Below, piece after piece: positions 8,152 through 17,990 of a stretch of 32,000 nucleotides of DNA; the first letter of the stretch is position 1; each line of letters opens with the position of its first letter. A program made the translations under genes and the position numbers. The notes under the pieces are model-generated. The model did no database searches and was not told the origin of the DNA. It saw only the letters and a program-made list of their open reading frames with translations. The stretch lies in contig NC_009925.1 of the NCBI RefSeq assembly GCF_000018105.1, forward strand, positions 1,500,001 through 1,532,000. The letters run 5' to 3'. The DNA comes from Acaryochloris marina MBIC11017 (GTDB taxonomy: Bacteria > Cyanobacteriota > Cyanobacteriia > Thermosynechococcales > Thermosynechococcaceae).

Positions 8152-9549
8152 TTATTGCGAGAGATCCTGGCATAGTTGCCGAAAATGATCGCCTCGTCTC
8201 TCAAAGTTTTGATATTGGTCAAAGCTAGCACAGGCAGGTGATAAGAGCACACTTTTAGCTTGCAGAGAAGGGGCCAATTCAGCGGCTCTAGTCACCGCTT
8301 TGTTCATTGTGTCCACGATTTCGTAATCGTCATACCCAATCGCCTTAAGGCGCTGGCTAAAGGCACCGGCAGCACTACCAATCAACAGCACCTTGGCTGC
8401 TTGAGCCTGAATGGTTTGCAGCCATGCCTGATCGTCACCCACTTTGGCTTCCCCACCTGCAATCAGAATGGCAGGACTATTGACTGCAGCTAATCCCGTT
8501 TGGGCTGCTTCATAGTTCGTGGCCTTGCTGTCATTAATAAAATCTACGCCCTGCCAGGTGCAGATATGTTCCAGGCGATGGGCCACACCGGGGAACGTGG
8601 ATACGGCAGTTGCGATCGCATCCTTCCCAATCCCCGCCAAATGAGCCACAGCCACTGCCAGTAAAAGATTCTGCTGGTTATGAACCCCCAACATCCGCAT
8701 GGAGGATACCTGCACAATGGGTTCTCCTTCCACCTTCACCCATCCCTCTTCAATAAAAATATTGGGCACTGGACAGCGTTGACCATTACAGGCATCCGGC
8801 AAGCTGGGGCCATGGCTACTCGTCCAATAGGCATCAGCCCATCGCCAAGGCAATCCTTTGATCAAGCCCTGATCATCACCATTGAGAATCTTCTGTTTGG
8901 ACTGATTGAGAAGTAGGGCCTTAATTTCGCGATAGCACTCAACAGTGCCATGACGCTCCAAGTGGTCGGGAGAGAAGGTCGTCCAGACGCCAATGGTAGG
9001 GGCTAGGGTGGGGGAGGATTCAATTTGGTAGCTGCTCACCTCCGCAATCACCCAATCCAGAGGATCTCCTGCTAAGGCCAATTCACAGGCGCTATAGCCA
9101 ATATTGCCGCAGGCGGGTGCCCGTAACCCTGCCGCCTTAAAGATGGCTTCGACAATGGCAGTCGTGGTGGTTTTGCCGTTAGTGCCCGTAATCCCGACCC
9201 AAGGATATTGCTTGAGGGATCGCCAGGCCAGTTCAAGTTCACCAAAGGTCTCAATGCCTTGAGATCGTGCCTCTTCTAATGCAGGCAACTGCCACGGCAC
9301 TCCAGGACTGACCACAATCCGATCAGGACGGTCCAGACTGAGTTCAGCCAAGGCTGAGAGGGAAAATTTCAGATTTAAATGGACGGGGATGCCTTCTGCC
9401 GCCAAGGTTTTCTGCGTCGCCACTAACCCTTCTGAATGACCTGCATCACCCACCGAAACTTGCCACCCCTCACGGCGCAGCAGACGAGCAGCCGCGATAC
9501 CGGAGCGACCAAGACCAATAATATGAACAGCAGGCATAGAAGGGAGCAA
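8152..9549 (-). CDS. murD: UDP-N-acetylmuramoylalanine--D-glutamate ligase MurD
   Basis: [17 protein letters not shown] Rossmann N-terminus, [12 protein letters not shown]-loop, and Mur ligase C-terminal motifs. The start could instead be the second ATG at 9537. Confidence 0.93.
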
Positions 9550-9609
9550 CGTGATTCAGCAATCCTGATCGTATCGCTTGGTGGTCCCTTTGCTCCAATT
9601 AAATGCTTC

Positions 9610-10656
9610 TTAGGGATAAATTAAAATCTTGTAGGTCTCAGGTCCGGGAGAAACCGCCTGCTCGACCGCATTCGCTAAGTCTTGAAGCGGATAGCGATCG
9701 CTGACTAAGGCATCGACATCAATTCGCTTGTTGAAAATAATGTCCGCCGACTGTTTCTGTAATCGAAAAGAAGAGCTATAGCTGCCAATCAAATCGATTT
9801 CGCGACGATACAAGACATTGGGATTAATAGGAATTTCGACTTCATCGGGGAACTCAGCAAAGAACAGAATCTTACCGCCTTTGCGGGTACAGTCGAGGGC
9901 TTGGAAAAAGGCTTTATCGCTGGGCACGGCTAGTAAGCTGACATCCACCCCCATACCATTGGTCAAATCTTGAATTTTGGAGGCTAGATCGGGATCGCGA
10001 GCGTCAAAGGCCGCCGTCGCTCCCACCTGCTTCGCTTTTTCAATTCGCGTGGGTAAGAGATCCGTGGCGATGGCACGACCGCCCACATAGTTGACGAGCA
10101 TCACGAACATCAGGCCAATGGGGCCAGCCCCCGTGATCAGGACCGTTTGTCCCGGTTTGATATCGGCTTTGGTGACGGCCTTCAAACAGCAGTTGGTGGG
10201 TTCAACAAAGCTCGCTTGCTCAAAAGAAATATCTTCGGGAATAGCAATTAATCCGCCTCGGGTAACGATATGGCCCGGAACCTTTACATATTCGGCAAAG
10301 CCGCCGCCGCTCGGGCTAAATCCTGCCGTGGTGGTGATGTTTTTATACACCTCACACATGGAGAAGTTATCATTCAGACAGTAGTCGCAGTGCATACAGG
10401 GAATATGGTGCAGCACAACCACCCGTTGCCCCACCTGCCAGCCTTTAACCTCAGAACCCACAGCGGCAATCTCGCCTGCCGTTTCGTGGCCAAATATCCG
10501 GGGTGGCTCGTAGAGGGGATAGCGGATTTTTTTAATGTCGGATTGACAAAGACCGACTACTTTGACTTGGACGAGCACCTCATCTGCACCCACTTCAGGC
10601 TTTGGTATCTCTTCGTAGCTGAGTTGATTAACCCCGCGAAAGACTTGAGCTTTCAT
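9610..10656 (-). CDS. Zinc-dependent medium-chain dehydrogenase (sorbitol/threonine dehydrogenase-like)
   Basis: GLCQSD...GHETAGEI...C..C..C......C structural-zinc cluster (CMHCDYCLNDNFSMC), and GAGPIGL NAD-binding motif. Confidence 0.85.
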   Translation of the reverse strand: MKAQVFRGVNQLSYEEIPKPEVGADEVLVQVKVVGLCQSDIKKIRYPLYEPPRIFGHETAGEIAAVGSEVKGWQVGQRVVVLHHIPCMHCDYCLNDNFSMCEVYKNITTTAGFSPSGGGFAEYVKVPGHIVTRGGLIAIPEDISFEQASFVEPTNCCLKAVTKADIKPGQTVLITGAGPIGLMFVMLVNYVGGRAIATDLLPTRIEKAKQVGATAAFDARDPDLASKIQDLTNGMGVDVSLLAVPSDKAFFQALDCTRKGGKILFFAEFPDEVEIPINPNVLYRREIDLIGSYSSSFRLQKQSADIIFNKRIDVDALVSDRYPLQDLANAVEQAVSPGPETYKILIYP

Positions 10657-10719
10657 GCTTCCCGACCCCTAACAAACGTCTGTTTTCAGCTTATCGTGTT
10701 GCTTCCTGTCCCTCAAGCC

Positions 10720-10749
10720 ATGAAACCCCACCAGCAGGCAGGGTTTCAT
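10720..10749 (-). terminator. 9-bp perfect stem-loop between the desC stop and the dehydrogenase start; function uncertain
   Basis: ATGAAACCC (10720..10728), a 12-nt loop, then GGGTTTCAT (10741..10749). On the minus-strand transcript the U-run lies before the hairpin, not after it, so this is not a canonical terminator. Confidence 0.3.
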
Positions 10750-10776
10750 TAAAAAAATTATGGGAGGTGATGGGGG

Positions 10777-11619
10777 CTAGGTACCATCATTGGATGCTAG
10801 CTGTTGAGCATTCGGCAGGCGGACTTTATCTGCTAAGCCCAGAGATTGGAGTAACTGCACCATCATCCAAGTGGTGTCAATTTCCCACCATTGCAAGCCA
10901 TGGCGAGCCGATTGAGGAAAAGCATGGTGATTATTATGCCAGCCTTCACCATAGGTGAGTAGGGCAACCCACCAGCAGTTGGTGGATTGATCATCAGACT
11001 CATAGGTTTTATAGCCAAACTTATGGGTGGCGCTATTTACAAACCAAGTGCAGTGATACACCAACACCAAGCGGACAAAAATACCCCAAACCACTAGAGG
11101 CCAGCCGCCAATGAAGTACAGCAATACCCCAAACACAATTTGCATGGGGAAGAAGTAGTCATCCAAAAACCGATAAAAGGGATCGGTATTGATATCTTTC
11201 GTCAGTTTGTCAATGTCTGCTTCCGCTGGGATTTCATGAATCATCCAGCCCATATGACTCCACCAGAAGCCATTACGGGAATTATGCTGATCCAGATCCG
11301 TATCAGAATGCATATGGTGATTGCGATGCAAGCCAACCCACCAAATCACGCCGCCCTCACAGGCTAAGGATCCGCAAAAGACGAGAAAATACTCCAACCA
11401 CTTGGGGGTTTTGAAACTGCGGTGGGTGAGCATCCGATGCCAACCCAGGGTGATACCAAGTCCACCGGTAACCCAGTGAAAAAAGACGGCAAAGCCCACG
11501 GCTGCCCAGCTAAAGTTGCTGGGTACGAAGGCAAACAATGCTCCAATATGGATAGCAATTAGGACCACAATAAAGGTCCAATCACGCTTAAGCTGTGATG
11601 GCGGTGTTGCGATAGTCAT
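10777..11619 (-). CDS. desC: Delta-9 acyl-lipid/acyl-CoA fatty acid desaturase
   Basis: Three His boxes (HRMLTHRSF, HRNHHMHSD, GEGWHNNHHAFP) and four hydrophobic segments. Confidence 0.9.
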   Translation of the reverse strand: MTIATPPSQLKRDWTFIVVLIAIHIGALFAFVPSNFSWAAVGFAVFFHWVTGGLGITLGWHRMLTHRSFKTPKWLEYFLVFCGSLACEGGVIWWVGLHRNHHMHSDTDLDQHNSRNGFWWSHMGWMIHEIPAEADIDKLTKDINTDPFYRFLDDYFFPMQIVFGVLLYFIGGWPLVVWGIFVRLVLVYHCTWFVNSATHKFGYKTYESDDQSTNCWWVALLTYGEGWHNNHHAFPQSARHGLQWWEIDTTWMMVQLLQSLGLADKVRLPNAQQLASNDGT

Positions 11620-11775
11620 TTAGTCTCTTTATAAATGAATGTTTCGACAAGAAAACAAGGGTAAACCTTATCCAGGATTCTTATACTTGCCTAATCTCCG
11701 CCTAAGCTCTGTACGTCCACAACGATAAAAAATCAAACCTTTAGTGGCTGTACGTTGTAAAGAAAAAGTTGCTCT

Positions 11776-13008
11776 ATGAAACCCCTTACACAGCTAGAGG
11801 CAGCCGAACAGGCAATGTCTCTCATCTTTTCTAAGATTGACACTCAAGTCAAGAAAAACTTAACACAAATATTAAAATCTTTTCATAATTACCGCTTAGG
11901 TCCCCATCATTTTGCTAGTGTATCGGGTTACGGTCATGACGATTTAGGGCGGCAAGTCCTAGATCAGGTGTTTGCCGACGTTATGGGCGCAGAAGCGGCT
12001 CTGGTGCGGGTCCAATTTGTATCCGGCACCCATGCGATCGCAGCGGCTCTATTTGGCGTATTGCGTCCCGGAGACCAAATGCTATCCGTAGCCGGGGCAC
12101 CCTACGACACCTTAGAAGAAGTGATTGGCATTCGAGGCAAAGGCCAAGGATCCCTTAAAGATTTTGGGGTAGCGTATCGGCAACTGGAGTTAACCCCTGC
12201 CGGAACCATCGATTGGCAGGCTCTAGAAACTAGCATTCAACCCCAAACCCGTCTCGTCTTGATTCAGCGATCTTGTGGCTATAGCTGGCGGCCCAGCCTG
12301 AGTATTGAAGAAATTGGCAAAATTGTGGACCGGATAAAAGCCCAAAACCCCAATACCATTTGCTTTGTCGATAATTGCTACGGGGAATTTATTGAAGACC
12401 GCGAACCTCCATCTGTTGGGGCCGATTTGATTGCCGGTTCCCTAATCAAAAACCCTGGCGGTACCATTGTTACCGCCGGAGGGTACATTGCTGGACGTCG
12501 TGATCTAGTGGAAGCCGCAGCCTGTCGACTCACCTCACCGGGAATTGGTTCAGCAGGAGGAGCGACTTTGGATCAAACCCGGTTGATGTTTCAAGGCTTA
12601 TTTTTAGCCCCCCAAATGGTGGGGGAAGCCATGAAGGGCAATCATCTAGTAGCTCATGTGTTTCAGAAGCTAGGCTATCCCGTCAATCCCTTGCCTGAAG
12701 CACCGCGTCGGGATGTGATTCAGGCGGTCAAGCTCGGATCTGAAGAAAAGTTGGTGGCCTTTTGTCGGGCCTTTCAACAATATTCACCTGTGGGGTCTTA
12801 TCTGGATCCGATGCCTGCCCCGATGCCGGGCTATGAAAGTAATTTAGTCATGGCAGGAGGGACTTTTATAGATGGCAGTACCTCAGAACTCTCTGCTGAT
12901 GGGCCGTTGCGAGAGCCTTATATTGTCTTCTGTCAGGGAGGAACCCACTGGACTCATGTTGCGATCGCACTAGAAGCTGCCATTGAAGCCGTTGGCCCAG
13001 CCTCTTAA
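11776..13008 (+). CDS. Methionine gamma-lyase family (aluminium-resistance/YnbB-like) PLP enzyme
   Basis: SGYGHDDLGR..LDQVFADVMGAEAALVR.QFVSGTHAI...PYDTLEEVIG...GSLIKNPGG. Confidence 0.8.
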   Translation: MKPLTQLEAAEQAMSLIFSKIDTQVKKNLTQILKSFHNYRLGPHHFASVSGYGHDDLGRQVLDQVFADVMGAEAALVRVQFVSGTHAIAAALFGVLRPGDQMLSVAGAPYDTLEEVIGIRGKGQGSLKDFGVAYRQLELTPAGTIDWQALETSIQPQTRLVLIQRSCGYSWRPSLSIEEIGKIVDRIKAQNPNTICFVDNCYGEFIEDREPPSVGADLIAGSLIKNPGGTIVTAGGYIAGRRDLVEAAACRLTSPGIGSAGGATLDQTRLMFQGLFLAPQMVGEAMKGNHLVAHVFQKLGYPVNPLPEAPRRDVIQAVKLGSEEKLVAFCRAFQQYSPVGSYLDPMPAPMPGYESNLVMAGGTFIDGSTSELSADGPLREPYIVFCQGGTHWTHVAIALEAAIEAVGPAS

Positions 13009-13018
13009 TCATCAAAAA

Positions 13019-13041
13019 GGGCCTGTTAATGTAACAGGCCC
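13019..13041. terminator. Bidirectional intrinsic terminator between convergent genes
   Basis: GGGCCTGTTA, loop atg, TAACAGGCCC: perfect 10-bp arms. An A5 run lies upstream and a T-rich sequence downstream, between the stops at 13008 (+) and 13067 (-). Confidence 0.7.
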
Positions 13042-13066
13042 CGGGTCGTTTCAAATTTGCGGTGAT

Positions 13067-13309
13067 TTAAAAGACTTGCTCAACCTCAGCAATTTCAGGA
13101 ATGGTGTCTCTTAATTTACGCTCAATCCCCATCTTTAACGTCATGGCAGAACTGGGGCAAGATCCACAGGCTCCTTGCAGACGTAGCTTCACTACAGGAC
13201 CTTCGACTTCAACCAACTCAACATTGCCACCGTCTGCCATTAGGTAGGGGCGCAACTCATCTAATACTGTTTCGACGTTTTCGGGATTAAGTTCTAACGT
13301 TTGTGACAT
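13067..13309 (-). CDS. nfu: NifU C-terminal-domain Fe-S cluster scaffold (Nfu)
   Basis: [43 protein letters not shown]. The start is set at the internal ATG (MSQTLE...), which gives the usual ~80-aa protein. The track ORF extends to 13360. Confidence 0.85.
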   Translation of the reverse strand: MSQTLELNPENVETVLDELRPYLMADGGNVELVEVEGPVVKLRLQGACGSCPSSAMTLKMGIERKLRDTIPEIAEVEQVF

Positions 13310-13438
13310 GACTAAACCTTGGTGTGCTGATCTATATTGTAGCGATTGCAGTAGAGACATTTACGCCTGAACGATATCCATCTCTAACTGCCTGCAGAGA
13401 GTCCCTGCATTAATGAGGGTCTCAAATAGTCAAAAATA

Positions 13439-13464
13439 AAGGGTGAAGGCTAACCTTCACCCTT
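13439..13464 (-). terminator. Rho-independent terminator of the 13489..13794 gene
   Basis: AAGGGTGAAGG, loop ctaa, CCTTCACCCTT: 11-bp perfect stem. On the minus-strand RNA it is followed by UAUUUUUG. Confidence 0.8.
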
Positions 13465-13488
13465 ATTAAAAATTAGGAGCTTGAACTA

Positions 13489-13794
13489 TCACCTTGCAAG
13501 AGACAATTCTTCCGTTTCTACCCTTAAGCTAGGGAATAGAAAATGATTCTCTTCGACATATTGAGCACCGAACAAACCTTTTTCGGCCCAAAAATACCGA
13601 TCAGTCGTGTGTTCGTTGCGTTTGACGAGAAGTAAAGCGGGTGGAATAACCCCTTCCGTTTTAATATACTTCCGGGCTGCCGTTACTGGCTTATCCTCAC
13701 CACTCTCGATACTGAACTGAGGAACATTTTCCAAAATTCGACGTCCTTCCTGTCGACGACGACTTTTGCGTTTCCGTCTTCTTGCCAAACCCAA
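13489..13794 (-). CDS. Conserved hypothetical protein with a poly-basic N-terminus (about 100 aa)
   Basis: No ATG; TTG starts at 13794 or 13788, preceded by AGGAGG. Sequence: RRRKRKSRRRQ...LLLVKRNEHTTDRYFWAEKGLFGAQYVEENHFLFPSL. Confidence 0.6.
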   Translation of the reverse strand: MGLARRRKRKSRRRQEGRRILENVPQFSIESGEDKPVTAARKYIKTEGVIPPALLLVKRNEHTTDRYFWAEKGLFGAQYVEENHFLFPSLRVETEELSLAR

Positions 13795-13992
13795 GACCTC
13801 CTTAAGCTATACCGCAGTGTAGTCAAAGTTACAAAAGCTTAATGAGTATAACTGGAGACAAATTAGAATTCAACTTTATCTTAAGTTTTGATAAGCGAAA
13901 ATAGCTTGACAAACGATTTGTTGAACCTTATAAGCTTTTTTGGATGTAAAAAATTGTAAAGTTTTCTCAGGGATTTATGAGATAATTCGGGG

Positions 13993-14379
13993 TTAGCCTT
14001 CGACCTTAGCCTGGTAGTCTGACGCCGACATGGCCTTGTCTAAAGCGGCAGGCCCACTCACCTTAATCTTGAGTAGCCAGCCGTTATTGTAGGGATCTTC
14101 TGCGAGTTGTTCAGGGGCATCGGCAATGGCGGTATTGCACTCCAATACTGTTCCATTAATCGGAGCATAAATATCTTCTACGGCTTTGACGGATTCGATA
14201 TTTCCCATCGTCTCCCCTTGGGATAATTCATCACCCACTTCTGGCAATTCAATAAAGACAATATCCCCTAACTGATCGATGGCAAATGCGGTGATACCAA
14301 CCGTGGCAACATCTCCCTCCAAACGAACATATTCATGGGAGTCCATATATTTCAAATTGTCGGGATATTCAAAACTCAT
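13993..14379 (-). CDS. gcvH: Glycine cleavage system H protein
   Basis: [22 protein letters not shown]...IESVKAV.DIYAPI.G, with the lipoyl-lysine motif ESVKA. Confidence 0.95.
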   Translation of the reverse strand: MSFEYPDNLKYMDSHEYVRLEGDVATVGITAFAIDQLGDIVFIELPEVGDELSQGETMGNIESVKAVEDIYAPINGTVLECNTAIADAPEQLAEDPYNNGWLLKIKVSGPAALDKAMSASDYQAKVEG

Positions 14380-14455
14380 AATGGGGTGCCTCAGTCAATA
14401 AGGAAGTTGAGTAGGATTTCAGGAGAATCATCCAAACCATATTTTGCCTTAAATC

Positions 14456-15562
14456 TCACGCTTTAGGTCGTCGATAAAAGGGCTTTTTAACAACCGTTGC
14501 CAGTTGGGGCTTCTTGCGGATTAATACCGCTACTTCCGTACCGGATTTGGCATAAGCCGTTGGGACATAGGCGAGGGCAATCGATTTACCCAAAGTGGGT
14601 GAAAAACTGCCGCTGGTGACAATGCCCACTTCTTGGTCATTGACCCAAACGGGATAATCATGACGAGCAATATGACGCCCCTGCATTTCCAAAGCCACTA
14701 ACTTACGGGGCGGTCCCTCTGCTTGCTGCTTCTTGAGGGTGTCTTGGCCAATAAACTCACCTTGATCTAGATTAACCAACCATCCCAACCCAGCTTCGTA
14801 GGGGGTTGTAGTGTCATTTATATCTTGACCATACAGAGCCATGGCGGCTTCTAGTCTTAAGGTATCGCGGGCTCCCAAACCGCAGGGAGCAACACCAGCC
14901 TCCAAAAGGGTCTGCCAGAGTTTCTTACCCGTCTCTGGATCGACCATGACTTCAAACCCGTCTTCGCCAGTGTACCCAGTGCGGGCAAACCAGGCGGGTT
15001 GCTCCAGGATGGTGCCAGACTGATGGCGATAGTTGCGAATGGCCGAGAGATCGGTGGGGGTAAAGCGCTGCAGAGTTGAGATCGCATCGGGTCCTTGCAC
15101 GGCAATTAGCACATGGGAGTCGGAAACATCCTCAAACCCAATCGCTTCAGCGGAAACATTCTCTAATAACCAGGCTTTGTCCTTAGCCGTAGTCGAGGCA
15201 TTGACAATCAGCTTGCCAATTTCTGCTCCTGAGTCTGAGATCCCCTCAAAGTAAAAGATTAGATCATCAATAATCCCAGCTTGCTCATTCAAAAAGACAG
15301 AGTACTTTGCTTGCCCCGGTTCAAGCTGACTGAGATCAGAGGGGACTAAGGGCTGCAGTTTCTGCCGTAAGTTATCTCCCTTGAGCAAGAACTTACCCAT
15401 ATGAGAGATATCAAACATGCCCACTTTTTGACGGACGCTTTGATGCTCAACGGTGATGCCTTCATATTGAACAGGCATATTCCAACCCCCAAAGCCCATC
15501 ATCCGAGCATTGAGCTGCTGATGTTGCTCTAGTAAAGGAGTCGGTTTCAAGGAGTCTGCCAT
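14456..15562 (-). CDS. gcvT: Glycine cleavage system aminomethyltransferase T
   Basis: TPLLEQHQQLNARMMGFGGWNMPVQY...FDISHMGKF...RTGYTGEDGFE...GLGARDTLRLEA. The start is set at MADSLKPTPL (ATG 15560..15562) rather than the upstream track start. Confidence 0.93.
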   Translation of the reverse strand: MADSLKPTPLLEQHQQLNARMMGFGGWNMPVQYEGITVEHQSVRQKVGMFDISHMGKFLLKGDNLRQKLQPLVPSDLSQLEPGQAKYSVFLNEQAGIIDDLIFYFEGISDSGAEIGKLIVNASTTAKDKAWLLENVSAEAIGFEDVSDSHVLIAVQGPDAISTLQRFTPTDLSAIRNYRHQSGTILEQPAWFARTGYTGEDGFEVMVDPETGKKLWQTLLEAGVAPCGLGARDTLRLEAAMALYGQDINDTTTPYEAGLGWLVNLDQGEFIGQDTLKKQQAEGPPRKLVALEMQGRHIARHDYPVWVNDQEVGIVTSGSFSPTLGKSIALAYVPTAYAKSGTEVAVLIRKKPQLATVVKKPFYRRPKA

Positions 15563-15655
15563 GGTAATCCACGTTTGCACTAAGCTTCTGGCTGGGCTCG
15601 ATGTAACACACCATCTGCGAACCAGCCCTCGCATTTATATCATGAACCTAGTGTT

Positions 15656-15690
15656 CAGATCAGTGTTGTTGCGATATGACCACTGATCTG
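15656..15690 (-). other. 10-bp perfect inverted repeat (stem-loop) between the methyltransferase stop and the gcvT start
   Basis: CAGATCAGTG (15656..15665), a 15-nt loop, then CACTGATCTG (15681..15690). No U-tract follows on either strand. Confidence 0.3.
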
Positions 15691-15760
15691 TTGGGAATAT
15701 CATTAACAAATGAATGCGTTGATATATCTGGTGCTGGGGCCATTGGATTGAACTCGATGT

Positions 15761-16495
15761 CTAATTCCTATCGCGAGACTTTTCCCACACGGATACGTGA
15801 TAGCGACTGGTGTTCGTAAAAGGCTCATTGTTCCAACCGCCCCATCTTGCTTTTAACTTTAAGTGGGCCAGCCTCGCCATCAGATCCAGCTCTGATGGCC
15901 AAACATAGCGAAAAGGCGTTGAGGACAGTTCTGTATCTCGATCTCGAACTCGCATGTGGTGCGACTTGAGGGATTGAGATACGACATCATAGTCATCTAC
16001 GCCCCAATGATCCGCTCCAAACTCAAAAACATGTTTGGTTTCACCAAAGGGGATGCACTGAAGCGCAGGCACCATAACCTCAATCACAAAACTGCCGCCA
16101 GGTTCGAGATGTATGGCTGCGTTTTGGAAACATCTAACTTGTTCATCCTGGGTTGTCAGGTTCATGATGGTATTGAAAACCAGATAGACCAGGGAGAACG
16201 TTCCATTGCAAGATGTAGTCGCAAAGTCACCTTGAGTCACAGGAATGCGATCTGTTTTTTCAGTAAGTTTAGTGAGCATTGCTTCAGAGAGATCGATGCC
16301 ATGAACTTCAACACCTGACTGTTCCAGTGGTATAGCAATTCGACCTGTGCCAACGCCAAATTCGAGTGCCCTACCAGATCCAGCAAGTTTTGCCAGAAAA
16401 TCAACGACAGGTTTCACTAATTCAGCGTTGGAAGCCTCGACGTCTTCATCATAATTTTTAGCGACTTTTTGAGGGAAATAGTCGTTAGTATTCAT
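15761..16495 (-). CDS. Class I SAM-dependent methyltransferase
   Basis: ALEFGVGTGRIAIPL (motif I), GIDLSEAML, and LVFNTIMNL. Confidence 0.85.
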   Translation of the reverse strand: MNTNDYFPQKVAKNYDEDVEASNAELVKPVVDFLAKLAGSGRALEFGVGTGRIAIPLEQSGVEVHGIDLSEAMLTKLTEKTDRIPVTQGDFATTSCNGTFSLVYLVFNTIMNLTTQDEQVRCFQNAAIHLEPGGSFVIEVMVPALQCIPFGETKHVFEFGADHWGVDDYDVVSQSLKSHHMRVRDRDTELSSTPFRYVWPSELDLMARLAHLKLKARWGGWNNEPFTNTSRYHVSVWEKSRDRN

Positions 16496-16830
16496 GATTC
16501 AAAGGGAAACAGATGGGTAGATCAATCTCAATCGTTGATACACCTGAGTGAGCTACTTTTGCCAGAGATGAAGACTTGAGATCATCAAAAGACCACCCAC
16601 CAAGATTAGCAAAGCAAAACTATCACCACACATGTAAAAAGCTCTTTATGCAGATATTGATCGGCCGAGGAAGCCAGTGGTTTTTATAGAGTCTGCCATA
16701 ACGTCTACTCTAGCGTTGAACTAGTGGCTAGCCTTGATGTAATGGGCATTTGGATCTCTAAACCAAGCACCTATGGCTCAATCGTCTGGTAGTAAATGGT
16801 AGCGATAAATTCGTTCGTTCAAGGTGAGGT

Positions 16831-17694
16831 TCACTTCCGGTAAGGAGCCAGAAGAAATTTCCAGCTTCGTTCACGACGCTGATAGTCTATGGGACATAAG
16901 TCAGCCCGCTCCTGAGGGAGATCGCCGCTAGTGACAAAATTCGCAAACTTCTCAGGATTACTGCCATAAATAATGCAAGAAACGGTATAAAAACGCTGTG
17001 CCCCTAAACCATGGGATGTCCAAAACGGCAGCTCTTGAAGCTGCTCTTCTTCTTCCGCATCCACATCAAACTGATCGATGCCAGCGATGACTGCATCATC
17101 GTCTTGCAGCTCTAACAACATCATCGCAGCAAACTCATCCACTACATTCTCTTCTAGCCCGGTAATGGGAAGTTGGTATTGGTCCACAAAGGCATGACCC
17201 AGTTCGTGAAAAAACGTGAACAGAGCGGAGTAGATCACCTCATCTGCATAGGCTTCAGAAGACTGATTATCTTCACCCAAAATGTCGGTATATTGCTTGA
17301 GCAGCTCGTAACACATTTCGATTTTGACTTGCTCAGGATCATAAAACGCATTCGCTTCACCACATTCTTGAAAGCTAACTGTGATGTCTCTGGGTAAGGC
17401 AAACTTGGTATTGAGCTGGGCAATCAATCCATCTGATTCCTGGGGCACAGAAAATTCCAGGGAATCTTGGAGAGCTGCATAGATAACATTGAAGTTCGCA
17501 TCCCTCGGCTGTACATAAACGATCCGAATGTCACCTTTGTCGGTAATTTGTTGGCGAGACAGTTGGGCAACTTTGATCGGTTTATTTTGAGGTGAGGCAT
17601 TGATTAAAGGACTCGTGCATCCCGAAGTGGCCCATAGCAAACTGCCTATTGCAACGCCCCATTGCCAAAATTTAGGTTTCTTGAACTGAATCAT
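16831..17694 (-). CDS. Secreted or lipoprotein DUF4344-type putative metallopeptidase
   Basis: HELGH zinc motif within FFHELGHAFVDQYQLPITGLEENVVDEFAAMMLLE. N-terminal signal ending ...LLWATSGC. The start is set at ATG MIQFKKPKFW. Confidence 0.75.
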   Translation of the reverse strand: MIQFKKPKFWQWGVAIGSLLWATSGCTSPLINASPQNKPIKVAQLSRQQITDKGDIRIVYVQPRDANFNVIYAALQDSLEFSVPQESDGLIAQLNTKFALPRDITVSFQECGEANAFYDPEQVKIEMCYELLKQYTDILGEDNQSSEAYADEVIYSALFTFFHELGHAFVDQYQLPITGLEENVVDEFAAMMLLELQDDDAVIAGIDQFDVDAEEEEQLQELPFWTSHGLGAQRFYTVSCIIYGSNPEKFANFVTSGDLPQERADLCPIDYQRRERSWKFLLAPYRK

Positions 17695-17990
17695 AAAGTG
17701 GCACTCCTTCACTTCAATCAAACACATGAATGCTTTGCACAATATCTATTTCTAGACACATTCATCGTTCTTGAAATCACTCTAATTCACGGCCAGCCTT
17801 CGCCATTATTTTTGTCCCAAAACTTACGATTTTTGATATTTCGGAACAATAGAAAAAGGCTGTTACCAAATTTGCAACCCCTGTCAAACCTAAGGGCAGT
17901 TGGGCTAGAGTCGGAATGAACAGCTCTACTTGGAACTCATCCACTATTCGGGAGATCCATCTAAGCCATCCTTGTTGTCGAGATTTTCAT

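Noticed and set aside
2921-8611. Using the HIP1-free gaps as evidence that the accessory patches were horizontally acquired
   Set aside because: An equally long HIP1-free stretch (12969..20171) covers clearly core genes (gcvH, gcvT). With nine sites the gaps carry no statistical weight.
8260-11558. Multiple 60-160 aa ORFs antisense to, or overlapping, murD, the dehydrogenase and desC (8260..8493, 8680..8916, 9072..9254, 9436..9624, 10091..10384, 10270..10752, 10767..10958, 11140..11367, 11364..11558)
   Set aside because: All lie inside, or run through, well-supported genes on the opposite strand or in another frame. None shows a recognisable motif.
14841-15254. Three ORFs overlapping gcvT (14841..15023, 14857..15105, 15033..15254)
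   Set aside because: These are shadow frames of gcvT with low-complexity translations.
15563-15760. Possible glycine riboswitch in the gcvT leader
   Set aside because: The minus-strand leader lacks the conserved GGAGAG...CACCG / CUCUGGAGA-type cores that I looked for. Only a plain 10-bp hairpin is present. An Rfam scan would settle it.
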